From positions 5,986 to 69,985 of the forward strand of contig JACIXY010000002.1 of assembly GCA_014360195.1 (NCBI GenBank): a stretch of 64,000 nucleotides of DNA. The letters are read 5' to 3'. The stretch comes from Bacillota bacterium (GTDB lineage: Bacteria > Bacillota > SHA-98 > UBA4971). Below the pieces are notes generated by a model. The model worked only from the letters and a program-made list of their open reading frames with translations, was not told the origin of the DNA and did no database searches. A program made the position numbers and the translations under genes. Below are positions 52,845 through 63,436 of this stretch, in pieces; the stretch's first letter is position 1, and every line of letters starts with the position of its first letter.

Positions 52845-52921
52845 TGGGGTGGATGATGGGATTCGAACCCACAGCCTCTGGAGCCACAGTCCAGCGCTCT
52901 CACCATTGAGCTACATCCACC
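52845..52921 (-). tRNA. tRNA-His (anticodon GTG) with genomically encoded G-1 and 3' CCA
   Basis: The minus strand reads GGTGGATGTAGCTCAATGGTGAGAGCGCTGGACTGTGGCTCCAGAGGCTGTGGGTTCGAATCCCATCATCCACCCCA, a cloverleaf with anticodon loop CTGTGGC. The extra 5' G pairs with discriminator C, and T-loop GTTCGAATC is present. Confidence 0.85.
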
Positions 52922-53714
52922 ACAACAAATCTTCAGTTTTCCGTGTACCCCGCAGCCATCCTACAGCTAATGGCCACCCCGGGCCAGATCCCATGTTCCA
53001 GCTCGAGACACTCAGAGGATACCACATCAACGCGCAAGCGTCAAGACTGTGCTCGCCGCCGGGTGCGTGTGACGATTGTGGTGCGCAAAGCCTGCGACCC
53101 CGGGGTGACCGCAAGCGCGCTGTCCAACTCCAGCCCCTCTTACGGGATCTTGCGTGCGGGTCGAGGCGTCGTTCACGACGACGGGACGAGGCGACGAAAT
53201 GAAGAGATGAGAGATGAAGAGATGAAGAGATGAAGATTAGTTGCCACCTGCCGCGCTCCTTCTGGTCGATTCGTGACCATCCTGTCGCACCCGCGGTTCC
53301 AGGTGGTGAAAATCCGTCCACTCTCGGGGATCAAGCTGGTAGGTTCCTTACCATTTGGCCGTCGAGTAAAGTAACCCGTCGCCCCCACGTAAGGGGAATC
53401 ACGGTCGCGCGGCGGGTCGTCAAGTTTCCCATAAACGGCAGGTGGGACGGGTTCTGGCAGAGGAGGAGGCAAAAGGCGTTGTCAGGTAACCAAGTCGTGG
53501 CATCGCCCGCAGTCGTGGCATTGCCCGGAAAAGTAGGCTGACATGCCGCCGCCTAGGAAGAGGTGGTAACCCTCAGGCGCCACAATCGCAACATCCCCCG
53601 CCGCGTGCGTTTTGCCGCCCTTGCCCCTTGCCGTTTGGCTTACCAGGCATCATGGCATGGACCGCCGCCCGGCGCAACCCCGCCGCCCCGGGTGAAGGCA
53701 AGGGTGCCAGGATG

Positions 53715-54542
53715 TCATCCCTTGAGCGCGCCGGCGAGAAGCCCCCGGATGAAATAGCGCCCCAAGAGCACGTAGACCACAACAGTGGGCAGGGCCGCCA
53801 GCACGGACCCCGCCATGGGCAGGTTCCAAGACACGGCCTGCCCGCCCGCCAGGTTCGCGAGGGCCACGGTTATGGGCTGATAGGCCGGCCGCGCCAGGGT
53901 CACGGCGAAGAGGAACTCGTTCCAGATCTGCGTGAACTGCCAGATGGCTACCACCAGGAAGGGCGGGCCCGAGAGCGGCAGGACGAGCCACCTGTATATG
54001 CCGAAGAAATCCGCCCCGTCAATGAACGCGGCCCCGAGAAGCTCGTCGGGGATCTCTGCGTAGAAGCTGCGGAAAAGCAGGGTGGTTATGGGCAGGCCGT
54101 AGACGACGTGCACCAGCACGAGGCCGGGAAGGCCCCCATACAGACCGATCCGACGCATGAACTGGAACAGTGGAACGAGGATGCTCTGGTAAGGTATGAA
54201 CATGCCGAAAACCACAAGTGGCAGCACAAGGCGGGCGCCCGGGAACTCCCATTTACACAGCACGTACCCATTGATCGAGCCGAGCGCCGCCGAGAGAATC
54301 GTGGCGCTGATGGCAAGGACGACGCTGTTCTTGAGCGACGAAGCGAACTTGCTGACCGCCGTCGCGTAGCTCGCCCAGTACGGGTGTGCCGGGGGTTTCC
54401 ACGCTGTCATGAGGTTTATGTCGGCCGGCGCTTTCAAGCTTGTAATGAGTGTAAGGTACACCGGGATGAGATAAACCACCGCGAGGAGTATGAGGAGAGC
54501 CTGTAAGAACCATCTACTTATTCTTGCGCCGCGCTGGTACAT
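53715..54542 (-). CDS. carbohydrate ABC transporter permease (MalG-like)
   Basis: Six TM segments and the EAA-like loop motif ([19 protein letters not shown]). Start at ATG 54542, 7 nt after the upstream permease stop. Confidence 0.8.
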   Translation of the reverse strand: MYQRGARISRWFLQALLILLAVVYLIPVYLTLITSLKAPADINLMTAWKPPAHPYWASYATAVSKFASSLKNSVVLAISATILSAALGSINGYVLCKWEFPGARLVLPLVVFGMFIPYQSILVPLFQFMRRIGLYGGLPGLVLVHVVYGLPITTLLFRSFYAEIPDELLGAAFIDGADFFGIYRWLVLPLSGPPFLVVAIWQFTQIWNEFLFAVTLARPAYQPITVALANLAGGQAVSWNLPMAGSVLAALPTVVVYVLLGRYFIRGLLAGALKG

Positions 54543-54549
54543 AGCTTGC

Positions 54550-55662
54550 TCAAGCCCTCCCCGTCCGGAACGATGCAAGCAGGTAGGGGACTATCAACAA
54601 AGACACCATGACGAGCAGAATGACCGCGATGGACGCCCCCTTCGCAAGCTCGTTCCCGCGGAACGTCGTCAGAAACATGAGAATGGCCGGGACGCTTGTG
54701 GGCGCGTTGTCGGGACCCGCCATGGCAAAGACGAGGTCGAAGATTTTGAGGGCGATGTGCCCGAGCACGATTATGGCGCTCCACGTGATGGGAGCGAGGA
54801 GCGGAAGCTCCACATAGCGGTACACCTGCAGCGTGCTTGCCCCGTCCACTCGCGCCGCCTCGCGCAGCTCGTCGGGGATGGTCCGCAACCCAGCGAGATA
54901 TAGCGCCATGGTGTACCCGGACATCTGCCACGTAGCCGCTATGACCACGCCGATGAGCGCCAGGTTAAAGCCATGAGGCTCTTGAAAGGGCAGGGTCTGC
55001 AACTGCGTCGCCCCTCCTGCCAGGGCCCATGCCAGCAGCACCAGGCCTGGTAACCCCGTGAGCGCGGCCGCCCGGAAACGCCGCCGTGCGGCGGACCATA
55101 GCCCCCAGGCAACGAGCACGAGAGCCGCACCCAGCACCACAAAGTAAGGTAACGTCTGCCAGTTGAACTGGAGGACCTGATCCCGACTGCTGAGCCACAG
55201 AAAGCTCGCAGGCGGCAAGCCGACCAGCGAAGGAAGCACGTTCACGCCGCCCCGGGGCTGAAGAAGCCAGCGCCAGATAGTGCCGGTAACGATGAACGAC
55301 AGCGACATGGGGAACAAAAAGATCGTGCGAAAGACCGCCTCACCTCGGATGCGCTGGTCCAGCATAGTGGCGAGAAAGAGGCCGAGCGCAAGCGAGGCTG
55401 CGACGAACATCACAGTGAAGAAGACCATGTTTACGAGGTCCTGTCGAAAGCGGACGTTGAGGAACCCTGTGAAGAGCTCACGGTAATTGTACGCTCCCAC
55501 GAAGTGTATCTCGGGTTTCAGCGCAAGGGCGGCCCCCTGCCCCCAGTCGGTGAGCGAGATGTACACCGTCTGTGCGATGAAGCCGTACACGAACACGGCC
55601 AGGAGAGCGAGAGATGGTAATACAACAAGTATGGCCATGATCTGGTCGCGCCTGGACCGCAC
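54550..55662 (-). CDS. carbohydrate ABC transporter permease (MalF-like)
   Basis: EAA motif [19 protein letters not shown]. Start trimmed to GTG 55662 ([14 protein letters not shown]…) after AGGGGTGGGG. Confidence 0.75.
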   Translation of the reverse strand: MRSRRDQIMAILVVLPSLALLAVFVYGFIAQTVYISLTDWGQGAALALKPEIHFVGAYNYRELFTGFLNVRFRQDLVNMVFFTVMFVAASLALGLFLATMLDQRIRGEAVFRTIFLFPMSLSFIVTGTIWRWLLQPRGGVNVLPSLVGLPPASFLWLSSRDQVLQFNWQTLPYFVVLGAALVLVAWGLWSAARRRFRAAALTGLPGLVLLAWALAGGATQLQTLPFQEPHGFNLALIGVVIAATWQMSGYTMALYLAGLRTIPDELREAARVDGASTLQVYRYVELPLLAPITWSAIIVLGHIALKIFDLVFAMAGPDNAPTSVPAILMFLTTFRGNELAKGASIAVILLVMVSLLIVPYLLASFRTGRA

Positions 55663-55828
55663 CGACCCCACCCCTTTCCGACCTGACCCATGGCCATGCA
55701 CCTCGAAGCATGGCAGGGCCAAGACCGCAGCACCCAGCACATCCCGGGTATCCTGCGGGCCCGCCGCGTCCAGGACGTCCAGAAACCTGGCCGCGTCAAG
55801 GAACCTGGCGGCGGGCCCTCCTTCTGCC

Positions 55829-57091
55829 CTAACGACCTATGCCAGCCTGGATAGCGATCGCCTGGGCCGCGTTCGCCGCCGCCTCGGGGTTGCGGCTGTT
55901 GAGGAAGATCTCCATGACCGTTGCAAAGTCGTTCATGAACCGCTCATTGGCAACCACTCCGTGGACAAGGCTGCCCACGATGGCGTTGGTCCTCCAGTCC
56001 TTCGCAGCGCTCTGAAGATAAGCGTTGTACTTGGACAGGTCGCTATCCACGCGTGCGCTGATGGACCCCTTGAGCGGGTTGAAGGTGTCCTGGGCCTCCT
56101 TGCTTCCGAGCATCCTCAGCCACGCGAGGGTGTTCTCGCGGTGCGGAGCGCCCACTGGCAGCCCAAAGGAGTCGGACAGCATCATGAATACGCCGGAGGT
56201 GCCAGGTGCAGGTGCCCAGCCGAAGTCCTTACCAGGCTGCAGCTTGAGGGTAGTGGCCATGTAGCCCGCCGCCCAGTCGCCCATGACGTTGAATGCGGCC
56301 TGGCCTTTCACTACCATGTCGGTAGCCTGCTGCCAGGAGAGGGACGGAGCGTCCTGGTTGGTGTACTCGAGCACCTTCCCGAACGTCTTCCAGGCCCCCA
56401 CAACCTCAGGGCTCTTCCACGACAGCTTGCCCTGCCAGAGGGCCTCCCACTTGTCTTTGCCAAGGCACGCAAGGGCAACGCTTTCCCAGAGGTGCGAAGC
56501 AGTCCAGTTCTCGCCAAGGGCCAGCGGGACGATGCCCTTCGCCTTGAGCGTCGGGGCGATGGCAAGGAACTCGTCCCACGTGGCTGGCACCTTCACGCCC
56601 CACTTCTTGAGGTTGTCCGGCACATACCAGAGTACATTGGACCTGTGGATGTTGACCGGTACGGACCAGATGCCGCGGTCGGTGCTGAGGAGTTTCAGGA
56701 GCCCCTCAGGGAAGGCCGACTTCCAGCCTTCCTTCGCGTAGAGGTCGCTGAGGTCCTCCATGCGCCCGGCCACGACCCACGTCCCGATGAGCTCCTGCCC
56801 CGCATGGACCTGGAAGGTGTCTGGCGGTTCGCCGCCCAGCATGCGGGTCTTGAGGACGGCTTTCGCGTTCACCCCGGCTCCGCCGGTGACTGTGGAGTTG
56901 ATGACCTGGACGCCAGGATGCTGCTTCTCGTAGAGCTCGATGAGCGCCTGCAGCGCGGGCCCCTCGTCTCCCGCCCACCAGGAGAAGATCTCGAGCTTGC
57001 CGCTGAGGGGAGCTGAGGTTGCCGCGGCGCCCAGGCACGCAACCAGGGTTACGCTAACCACCAGAACAGCGAGCCACTTCGATGTCCTCAT
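55829..57091 (-). CDS. ABC transporter substrate-binding lipoprotein (family-1 extracellular solute-binding protein)
   Basis: Start ATG 57091 after AGGAGGG. Signal peptide with an LVAC lipobox ([24 protein letters not shown]). Confidence 0.8.
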   Translation of the reverse strand: MRTSKWLAVLVVSVTLVACLGAAATSAPLSGKLEIFSWWAGDEGPALQALIELYEKQHPGVQVINSTVTGGAGVNAKAVLKTRMLGGEPPDTFQVHAGQELIGTWVVAGRMEDLSDLYAKEGWKSAFPEGLLKLLSTDRGIWSVPVNIHRSNVLWYVPDNLKKWGVKVPATWDEFLAIAPTLKAKGIVPLALGENWTASHLWESVALACLGKDKWEALWQGKLSWKSPEVVGAWKTFGKVLEYTNQDAPSLSWQQATDMVVKGQAAFNVMGDWAAGYMATTLKLQPGKDFGWAPAPGTSGVFMMLSDSFGLPVGAPHRENTLAWLRMLGSKEAQDTFNPLKGSISARVDSDLSKYNAYLQSAAKDWRTNAIVGSLVHGVVANERFMNDFATVMEIFLNSRNPEAAANAAQAIAIQAGIGR

Positions 57092-57882
57092 CTCTATCCC
57101 TCCTGACGAAATGGTATCCGGGAGCAACTCTCTGTCCACACTCGCGCCAGTTCAAGCTACGCAAGTCCTGCAAGTCCTGGAGATTCCACCGGCCCGGGCT
57201 ACCCAGGTTCGCCCGTGGCCGCTGGCCTCCCCCGCCTGATACCACCCCCTTCAGAAGCACTCCATTTCGCTCCAGCCCATACGGCCGGCGCTCAGACAGG
57301 CGCCTCAAGCTGCTAGCATTTCGCCCGACCGGCGTTCCGACACGCCCGGCTGACAGCACGGCCGAGATTAATCCAGTCCAGGCCGAGCCAGGTCGGGCGC
57401 AGTCCGTCCCAGTGCTCTGGCCTTACCCGCGCCCTCGAAGGGTGCTTCAGAGACTCTACTGAAGCCCGGGAGCAGCACCCTTAGATCACCGATCCCCAGC
57501 GTGGTGACGTAAGGGTTGGCTGGGTTGCGCGGTAAGGCTGGCTTTGGAGCATCCTTCCAGCTTGCTTCATTCAGGGTGTGAATAAAGGCGAGCTAGCCTT
57601 CAGTTTGCTCATGGGGCATCCAGGTAACTGGGGTAATCCCGCCCTGGACCTGCTGTTGCCCCTCACCTGCTTATGGGCGCCCTTCCTGGCCCTTTCACTT
57701 GACGGACCATGTTCCCGGAGCTGGAATGTTACTCCGCTACCCAGCCTGTACTTTCTACACTTATCGAACAACTCCTCCTCGCACCACCACGCGGCTCCGC
57801 CTCGTCAGCGGGCCCAGGTTACGCCCGCGCCCTATGCCCTATGAAGGGATCTTTCTTATAGGCACCGCAGAGTCATCCACTA

Positions 57883-58003
57883 AGTGAGGGTGCAGAAATG
57901 CTCCCGGTTTATCGGAGGGGTTGCCGGTGACTCAGAGAGAAAATGCAACACCGGCAAGCCGGCAACTGCTGGAAAAGGGGGCGAAAACTAACGCACCCTC
58001 ACT
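57883..58003 (+). repeat. full-length MITE-like repeat copy (type A) inserted inside an ABC-F ATPase gene
   Basis: AGTGAGGGTGCAGAAATGCTCCCGGTTTATCGGAGGGGTTGCCGGTGACTCAGAGAGAAAATGCAACACCGGCAAGCC…AACTAACGCACCCTCACT, with 11-bp terminal inverted repeats AGTGAGGGTGC / GCACCCTCACT. Confidence 0.65.
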
Positions 58004-58010
58004 CAGGAGG

Positions 58011-58648
58011 CAGCTCCGGTACCGGCGGTACGCACCTGCCCGCTCGGCAGCAACAATGGCTGCATGGGGCGCTGCCATGGCCGGGAAGTCCGCGACGACA
58101 CCCTCCTGCCTGTCGCCCCGCATCACCGCAAAGGACGCTCCCGAGAAGACGCAGCGCCCGTCGAAGAACTTGCTGACGTCGCTCGCAGCCACCACACGAC
58201 GGCCCGACTTCCCGTCCGATCTCAACTGAAGCCGGATGGCCGGGTCGGCTTGCGGGCGATCGACCCGCTCCGCCTCCAGGCGCTCGAGTCTCCTGATGGT
58301 CGCCCTCGCGCGCCCAGCAAGCTTTTCGGCCCTATGGCGGTAGAACACGTCGGAGGCCCAGGTCTCGGTGTTCTTCTCCGCGTCGCGGTGAGCGCGGCGG
58401 AACCACTCCATCTGCCTCGCTATCATCTCCCTGAGTTTCCTGGATTGCTTCGCCTGTTCCAGGTATACACGCATCCGGCGCTCGAACCGTTCCTCCACGG
58501 CCTTTCTATATGCTGCGTAGCTGCCTGGGAACGATTGAGCGCCGCCCGGCCCGAGCGCGATGACCCTGGACACCGTTGGAGGGAACGCGGGGTGAGTCGG
58601 AGGGCAGGAGTCAGGTTCCGGGCCGCCACTACGGTGTCGGAGCCGCAA
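58011..58648 (-). pseudogene. ABC-F family (EttA/Uup-like) ATPase gene fragment: end of ABC domain 1, inter-domain linker and start of domain 2. Domain 1 is missing upstream, and the remainder at 57240-57880 is degenerate downstream
   Basis: The ORF reads …SFPGSYAAYRKAVEERFERRMRVYLEQAKQSRKLREMIARQMEWFRRAHR…ASDVSKFFDGRCVFSGASFAVMRGDR, then loses the Walker A. On the minus strand at 57790-57830 a decayed Walker-B/D-loop-like stretch reads PADEAEPRGG…SVESTGWVAE, compared with LLDEPTNHLD…IESIEWLE. Confidence 0.5.
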
Positions 58649-58719
58649 AACCCCATTGCATGCCGGGCAAAGAATGGTACAATTGAGATAGTAGACAATG
58701 AGGAACGGGAGGTGCGCTC

Positions 58720-58968
58720 GTGCCTGTTCTCAGTGCTTTCGTAACAGCCGCCATGCACGAAGCCCGATACAGGCTCCTCGATGACGGAACAACATACGGT
58801 GAAATCCCGTCGTGCCCTGGCGTGTGGGCCAACGAGCCTACTCTTGAGAAGTGCAGAGAGGTCCTTCAGGAGGTCCTGGAGGAATGGCTCGTACTGAAGC
58901 TTCGGGACGGCGACCGGCTGCCCAGGCTGGGCGGCGTGGACTTAAACACAGTGGTGGCCCACGCATGA
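58720..58968 (+). CDS. hicB: HicB-family antitoxin (UPF0150, RNase-H-like fold)
   Basis: 82 aa from GTG 58720 after GGGAGGTG. The …YGEIPSCPGVWANEPTLEKCREVLQEVLEEWL… motif is HicB-like. Confidence 0.55.
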   Translation: MPVLSAFVTAAMHEARYRLLDDGTTYGEIPSCPGVWANEPTLEKCREVLQEVLEEWLVLKLRDGDRLPRLGGVDLNTVVAHA

Positions 58969-59180
58969 GCCGGCCTATCTCTCGCCTTGAGCTCGTCCGC
59001 CCTCTTCGGCGTCTTGGCTTCGAAGGACCGTTCTCTGGCGGGAAGCACTCATTCATGCGCAAAGGTGACCTAAAAGCTCAGGATCCCCAATCCTCATGGT
59101 GAAGATGTCGGTGTGGCGCTTCTCAAGGAAATACTTAAACAGGCAGGCATCACCGACGAGCAGTGGAGAGGGACCGAGTA
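58965..59180 (+). pseudogene. hicA: HicA-family mRNA interferase toxin gene carrying a +1 frameshift near 59085
   Basis: The ATG overlaps the hicB stop (ATGA). Frame 1 reads MSRPISRLELVRPLRRLGFEGPFSGGKHSFMRKGDLKAQ then stops. The next frame continues IPNPHGEDVGVALLKEILKQAGITDEQWRGTE*, the canonical HicA C-terminus. Confidence 0.5.
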
Positions 59181-59270
59181 GCTGAGTCCGCTGTAGGTCT
59201 GGTTAGGCTCCAGGTGTCCAAGGGGACAGCGTTGTGTTCGCGTACCTGCCCGCCGGACACTGTGCGCTAG

Positions 59271-60659
59271 TTATACATGGATCGCCATGCGGTGGACGGC
59301 CTCAGCGGCCTCGCCCAGGGCCTCCGCAAGCGTGGGATGCGCGTGTACGGTCTTCGCGAACTCCCCGACGGTCATCCTCATCCGGACCGCCACCGTGGGT
59401 TCGGGAATGAGCTCCGTGGCATGCGGGCCGACGATGTGGATCCCGAGGATCCTGTCGGTGCTGGCGTCGGCGACGATTTTGACAAACCCCTCGGCCTCTC
59501 CCATCGCAAGAGCCTTGCCGCTCGCCGTGAAGGGGAACTTCCCCACTCTTACGTCAAAGCCCTCCTCCTTGGCCTGCCGCTCGTTCAGCCCGACGCTTGC
59601 CACCTCGGGCGACGTGAAGATAGCGCTCGGCACGGCTGAGTACGACATGCGCCTGTCGGCCCCTGCTATGTTGTGGGCAGCGACGATCGCCTGCGCCGAC
59701 GCTACGTGCGCAAGCATGACCTTGCCCACGACGTCTCCAATGGCGTAAATGCCGGGGACATTCGTCGCCATGTGGTCATTCACGACGACCTCGCCCCGCT
59801 TGCCGATCTCAACTCCCACATCCTCGAGCCCGATGCCCTCAGAGTTCGGCCTGCGACCAACCGACAGGAGCACTCGCGACGCCACGAGGTGCTCGCCGCT
59901 GTGGAGGGTGGCCACAGCTCCGTCTCCCTCAAGCGCGATGCGCTCGATCTTGACGCCGGTCTGCACTACGACCCCCCGCTTCTTCAAGGAGGCCGCCACG
60001 GCCGCGGCTGAATCGGGGTCCTCCATCGGCAGCACCGTTGGCATTATGTCAACCACCGTCACCCGACTGCCCAGGCTCGAGAAAATGAACGCAAACTCGC
60101 ACCCGATGACGCCGCCGCCCACAATGAGCAGGCTCTCGGGCACATCCTGAAAGTCGAGGGCTTCATCGCTGGTGATGACGGTTCGGCCGTCGTACCCGAA
60201 CGACGGGAAGATCACAGGCTTCGAACCCGTTGCGATGATTATGTCGCGTGCCTTCACCTCCGCCGGCCCGTCCTTCGCCTCGACCTCGACCCGCCCGGGG
60301 CCGGCTATCCTGCCGACGCCCGCTATCACGGTGACCTTGTTCTTCTTCAGGAGAAAGCCTATTCCAGCCCGGAGCCTCGCCACCACCTGGTTTTTCCGCG
60401 CCACCATCTTGTCGAAGCGCGCCCGGACCTCGCCATCGCCGCCGGTCTCCACGCCGAACTCGGCAAGGCGCCTCGCCATCTCGAGGGCCTGTGTGCTCGC
60501 AACAAGCGCCTTGGTGGGGATGCAACCCCTGTTCAGGCACGTCCCGCCAAGCTGGTCCTTTTCAATAAGGCACACCGAACGCCCGAGCTGCGCGGCCCTG
60601 ATGGCTGCGACGTACCCGCCCGGCCCTCCTCCTACCACTGCCACATCGAATTCCGCCAA
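59271..60659 (-). CDS. lpdA: dihydrolipoyl dehydrogenase (E3 component)
   Basis: FAD motif DVAVVGGGPGGY, redox disulfide GGTCLNRGCIPTK, and the C-terminal HAHPTL motif. The start is taken as TTG 60659 (MAEFDVAVV). An upstream GTG at 60683 is an alternative. Confidence 0.85.
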   Translation of the reverse strand: MAEFDVAVVGGGPGGYVAAIRAAQLGRSVCLIEKDQLGGTCLNRGCIPTKALVASTQALEMARRLAEFGVETGGDGEVRARFDKMVARKNQVVARLRAGIGFLLKKNKVTVIAGVGRIAGPGRVEVEAKDGPAEVKARDIIIATGSKPVIFPSFGYDGRTVITSDEALDFQDVPESLLIVGGGVIGCEFAFIFSSLGSRVTVVDIMPTVLPMEDPDSAAAVAASLKKRGVVVQTGVKIERIALEGDGAVATLHSGEHLVASRVLLSVGRRPNSEGIGLEDVGVEIGKRGEVVVNDHMATNVPGIYAIGDVVGKVMLAHVASAQAIVAAHNIAGADRRMSYSAVPSAIFTSPEVASVGLNERQAKEEGFDVRVGKFPFTASGKALAMGEAEGFVKIVADASTDRILGIHIVGPHATELIPEPTVAVRMRMTVGEFAKTVHAHPTLAEALGEAAEAVHRMAIHV

Positions 60660-60708
60660 CCCGTAACACCTCTTCCTCGACACCGATCTTCCCTGCTGCG
60701 CCTGTGCC

Positions 60709-61857
60709 CTACGGCTGCGACGAGTATACCCGCGGCACGCGCTTGCTTATGGCGCACACCACTTCATAGCTTATCGTTCCCAGTTTGTCGGCGACCTCTT
60801 CAGCAGAGATCTCCTGATCCCCCTGCCTGCCTATGAGGACCGCCTCATCACCCACCTCGACCTCAAGGTTCCCGGCGTCCACCATGCACTGGTCCATGCA
60901 GATCCGTCCAACGATGGGGAGCCTCCTCCCTCTTATCAGCACCTCGCCCCGGTTGGATAGGCCCCGCGAAAGGCCGTCAGCGTATCCCACGGGAAGTGTG
61001 GCGATCACTGTATCCTCCCTGGTCACGTACGTCGATCCGTAACTCACCGGAGTGCCCGCAGGCACCCTCTTCACAAAGCTCACCCGCGTCTTCAGCGATA
61101 GGGCGGGGCGTATGTCCATCTCCCTCTTCACCTTTTGGAACCTCTCAGTGCTGAACGGCGACAGGCCGTACATCAGGATCCCCGGCCTGACAAGGTCCAG
61201 TCGGGCCTCGGGCATCTCCACGCAAGCCGCGCTGTTTGCCGCGTGGCGAAACTGGATCTGCACTCCCATAGTGCGCAGAGTCTCAATCACTTCCATGAAC
61301 CTGGATAGCTGCTCGCGGGCGAACGACTTGTCGTCTGCGTCGGCGGTGGCGAAGTGAGTGTATATGCCCTCAACCTCGACGTTTGGGAGCATGGCGACGC
61401 GCCGCACGAAGCTTGCCGCCTGTCGCGGCAAGACACCGATCCGCCCCATCCCTGTGTCCACCTTGATGTGGCACTTGCCCTTCTTGCCCTCTTGTGTTGC
61501 AGCCACAGACAACGCCTCAGCAAACTCGTATGTACTCACGGTGCAGGACAGGCTGTAGCGGAGAGCGCGCCGCGCCTGGCTCGGGAAGAGCTGCCCGAAA
61601 ACGAGAATCGGGGCGATGATCCCGCTCTTTCGTAGCACGACTCCCTCCTCCACAAGGGCGACCCCGAGCCACGTGGCGCCGCTCGTGAGAGCGGTGGTCG
61701 CCACCTGGACGGCCCCATGGCCGTAGGCGTCGGCTTTCACCACCGCCATGATCTCCGGCCCCGGCCCGATCCTCCGTCGGATCGCCGCTATGTTGCGGCC
61801 TATGCTCGCCAGGTCTACTTCAGCCACGGTGGGCCTGTCTTGCTGGCCCTCCCACAT
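60709..61857 (-). CDS. alr: alanine racemase (PLP-dependent)
   Basis: The PLP-lysine motif AVVKADAYGHGA is present. Start ATG 61857 after AGAGGGGTGAG. It follows nnr and acpS, as in the Bacillus acpS-ydcC-alr arrangement. Confidence 0.8.
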   Translation of the reverse strand: MWEGQQDRPTVAEVDLASIGRNIAAIRRRIGPGPEIMAVVKADAYGHGAVQVATTALTSGATWLGVALVEEGVVLRKSGIIAPILVFGQLFPSQARRALRYSLSCTVSTYEFAEALSVAATQEGKKGKCHIKVDTGMGRIGVLPRQAASFVRRVAMLPNVEVEGIYTHFATADADDKSFAREQLSRFMEVIETLRTMGVQIQFRHAANSAACVEMPEARLDLVRPGILMYGLSPFSTERFQKVKREMDIRPALSLKTRVSFVKRVPAGTPVSYGSTYVTREDTVIATLPVGYADGLSRGLSNRGEVLIRGRRLPIVGRICMDQCMVDAGNLEVEVGDEAVLIGRQGDQEISAEEVADKLGTISYEVVCAISKRVPRVYSSQP

Positions 61858-63436
61858 CCGTCTCACCCCTCTCGCCTGCCAGACCCTTGAGGCCTGCCAG
61901 CCTGACCAGCGCCTCGGGCACGCATTCCAGGATGTCTCCGGCAATCATGCCCATCTCTCCGCGCCTTGCCGCGGCGATGTCGCCCGCAAGCCCGTGCACG
62001 TATGTCCCCAGTACGGCTGCCTGCAGGGCACTGACCCCTTGCGCGAGAAGACCCGCGATAAGACCCGTGAGCACGTCTCCGCTTCCTGCCGTAGCCATAC
62101 CGGAGTTCCCGGTCGGGTTTATGTACGCCTCTCCCGAAGGGTCGGCGATTATGGTCCGCGCGCCCTTCAGGACAACGACCTTGCCCCACTGGGCCGCCGC
62201 CTTCATCGCCACCGAAAGGCGATCGCGCTTGACTTCGTGCACAGAGAGCCCCGTGAGCCTGGCCATCTCGCCCGGATGCGGCGTGAGCACGATGGGAGCT
62301 TTGGACGTCTTCAATGTTCCCGGGTCCTGCGCTATCGCGTTGAGGCCGTCGGCGTCGATGACCGCCGGCACCGAGGTCGTCATTACTATGTTCCGCACAA
62401 GCTGCGCGGTCTCGCTGTGCATGGAGAGACCCGGGCCTATAGCGAGCGCTTCCGCCCCTCGCAGGATGCCGTCGAGGAGTGCCTGAGCCTGCAGGGACAC
62501 GCTCCCGGACTCGGTCTCGGGAAGCGCCCGGGTCATGACCTCAGTAAGCCTCGAGTGCATGATGTCCTGGAGGCTTTTCGGCACCGCCAACGTCACAAGG
62601 CCGGCACCCGATCGGAGGGCCGCCAGGCTGGCAAGGGCCGCCGCTCCTGCCATGCCCTGCGAGCCGGCCACCACAAGCACTCTGCCGAACGTCCCCTTGT
62701 GAGAATCGGGGTCACGCGCAGGAAGGTAGCGCCTGATCTCCTCGGCTATAGAGAGGTTGAGTTTGAGCCGCTCATCCGTGAGAAACGCCCGGGGGATGCC
62801 GATGTCCGCGACAACCAGCTCTCCGGCGCATGCTGCGCCAGGGTAGAGAAGGAGCCCGACTTTAGGAAGACCGAAGGTCACAGTATACCTTGCCCTGACG
62901 CAGCTAGCGGAGATCTTACCTGTACTAGCATCGAGGCCGGACGGCACGTCCACCGCCACCACTGGTCGCCCGGACTCATTGATGGCGTCGATTATCTGGG
63001 CGGCATATCCGCCGACCTCGCCCTTGAACCCGGTCCCGAAGATCGCGTCCACAACCACGTCCGACACAGATACGGCGACCCTCGCCCTGTGGACGTCCTC
63101 GGGGCCGATTTCCTCCACATCGACGCCCATACGTATCAGAATATCCAGGTTAACTCTGGCGTCGCCGCGCACCTCGTCGATGTTCCCGATAAGGAAGGTC
63201 TTGACCCTGATCTGGGAGTTCACGAGATGGCGCGCCGCGACGAACCCGTCTCCGCCGTTGTTCCCCTTGCCGGCGAAGATGCACACACGGCGCCCGGCCA
63301 TGCCCTCGAGAAGCCGCTTCACGGTATCGGCCACGGCCCTTCCGGCGTTCTCCATGAGAACCACGCCGGGGATGCCCGCCTCCTCGATGGCGTTCCTATC
63401 GATCTCGCGCATCTCGTCAGGCGTCACGACCTTCAA
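61820..63436 (-). CDS. nnr: bifunctional NAD(P)H-hydrate repair enzyme (epimerase plus ADP-dependent dehydratase)
   Basis: N-terminal YjeF_N domain (GKGNNGGDG) and a C-terminal carbohydrate-kinase-like dehydratase domain (HKGTFGRVLVVAGS…GDVLTG). The start is taken as the in-frame TTG at 63436 (MKVVTPDEMREID) after GGAGGTGGAGAGG. By letter count this TTG is at 63435, one base off the ORF-track arithmetic. Confidence 0.8.
   Translation of the reverse strand: MKVVTPDEMREIDRNAIEEAGIPGVVLMENAGRAVADTVKRLLEGMAGRRVCIFAGKGNNGGDGFVAARHLVNSQIRVKTFLIGNIDEVRGDARVNLDILIRMGVDVEEIGPEDVHRARVAVSVSDVVVDAIFGTGFKGEVGGYAAQIIDAINESGRPVVAVDVPSGLDASTGKISASCVRARYTVTFGLPKVGLLLYPGAACAGELVVADIGIPRAFLTDERLKLNLSIAEEIRRYLPARDPDSHKGTFGRVLVVAGSQGMAGAAALASLAALRSGAGLVTLAVPKSLQDIMHSRLTEVMTRALPETESGSVSLQAQALLDGILRGAEALAIGPGLSMHSETAQLVRNIVMTTSVPAVIDADGLNAIAQDPGTLKTSKAPIVLTPHPGEMARLTGLSVHEVKRDRLSVAMKAAAQWGKVVVLKGARTIIADPSGEAYINPTGNSGMATAGSGDVLTGLIAGLLAQGVSALQAAVLGTYVHGLAGDIAAARRGEMGMIAGDILECVPEALVRLAGLKGLAGERGETDVGGPARQAHRG

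Noticed and set aside
48400-52845. Whole 4.4-kb segment as a tRNA-His-integrated genomic island bounded by att direct repeats
   Set aside because: No direct repeat of the tRNA-His 3' end was found, and no integrase is present. Only the weaker statement of a variable locus is reported.
57140-57880. A 740-bp ORF-free stretch considered as a structured ncRNA (RNase P RNA, SRP RNA, tmRNA, 6S)
   Set aside because: None of the universally conserved motifs of those RNAs were found on either strand. The stretch is better explained as decayed remains of ABC-F domain 2, whose upstream half is at 58011-58648.
60709-61944. The alr-like PLP racemase as the ornithine racemase missing from the Stickland cluster
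   Set aside because: It sits 21 kb away in the conserved acpS-nnr-alr housekeeping context. Nothing in the sequence distinguishes it from an ordinary alanine racemase.
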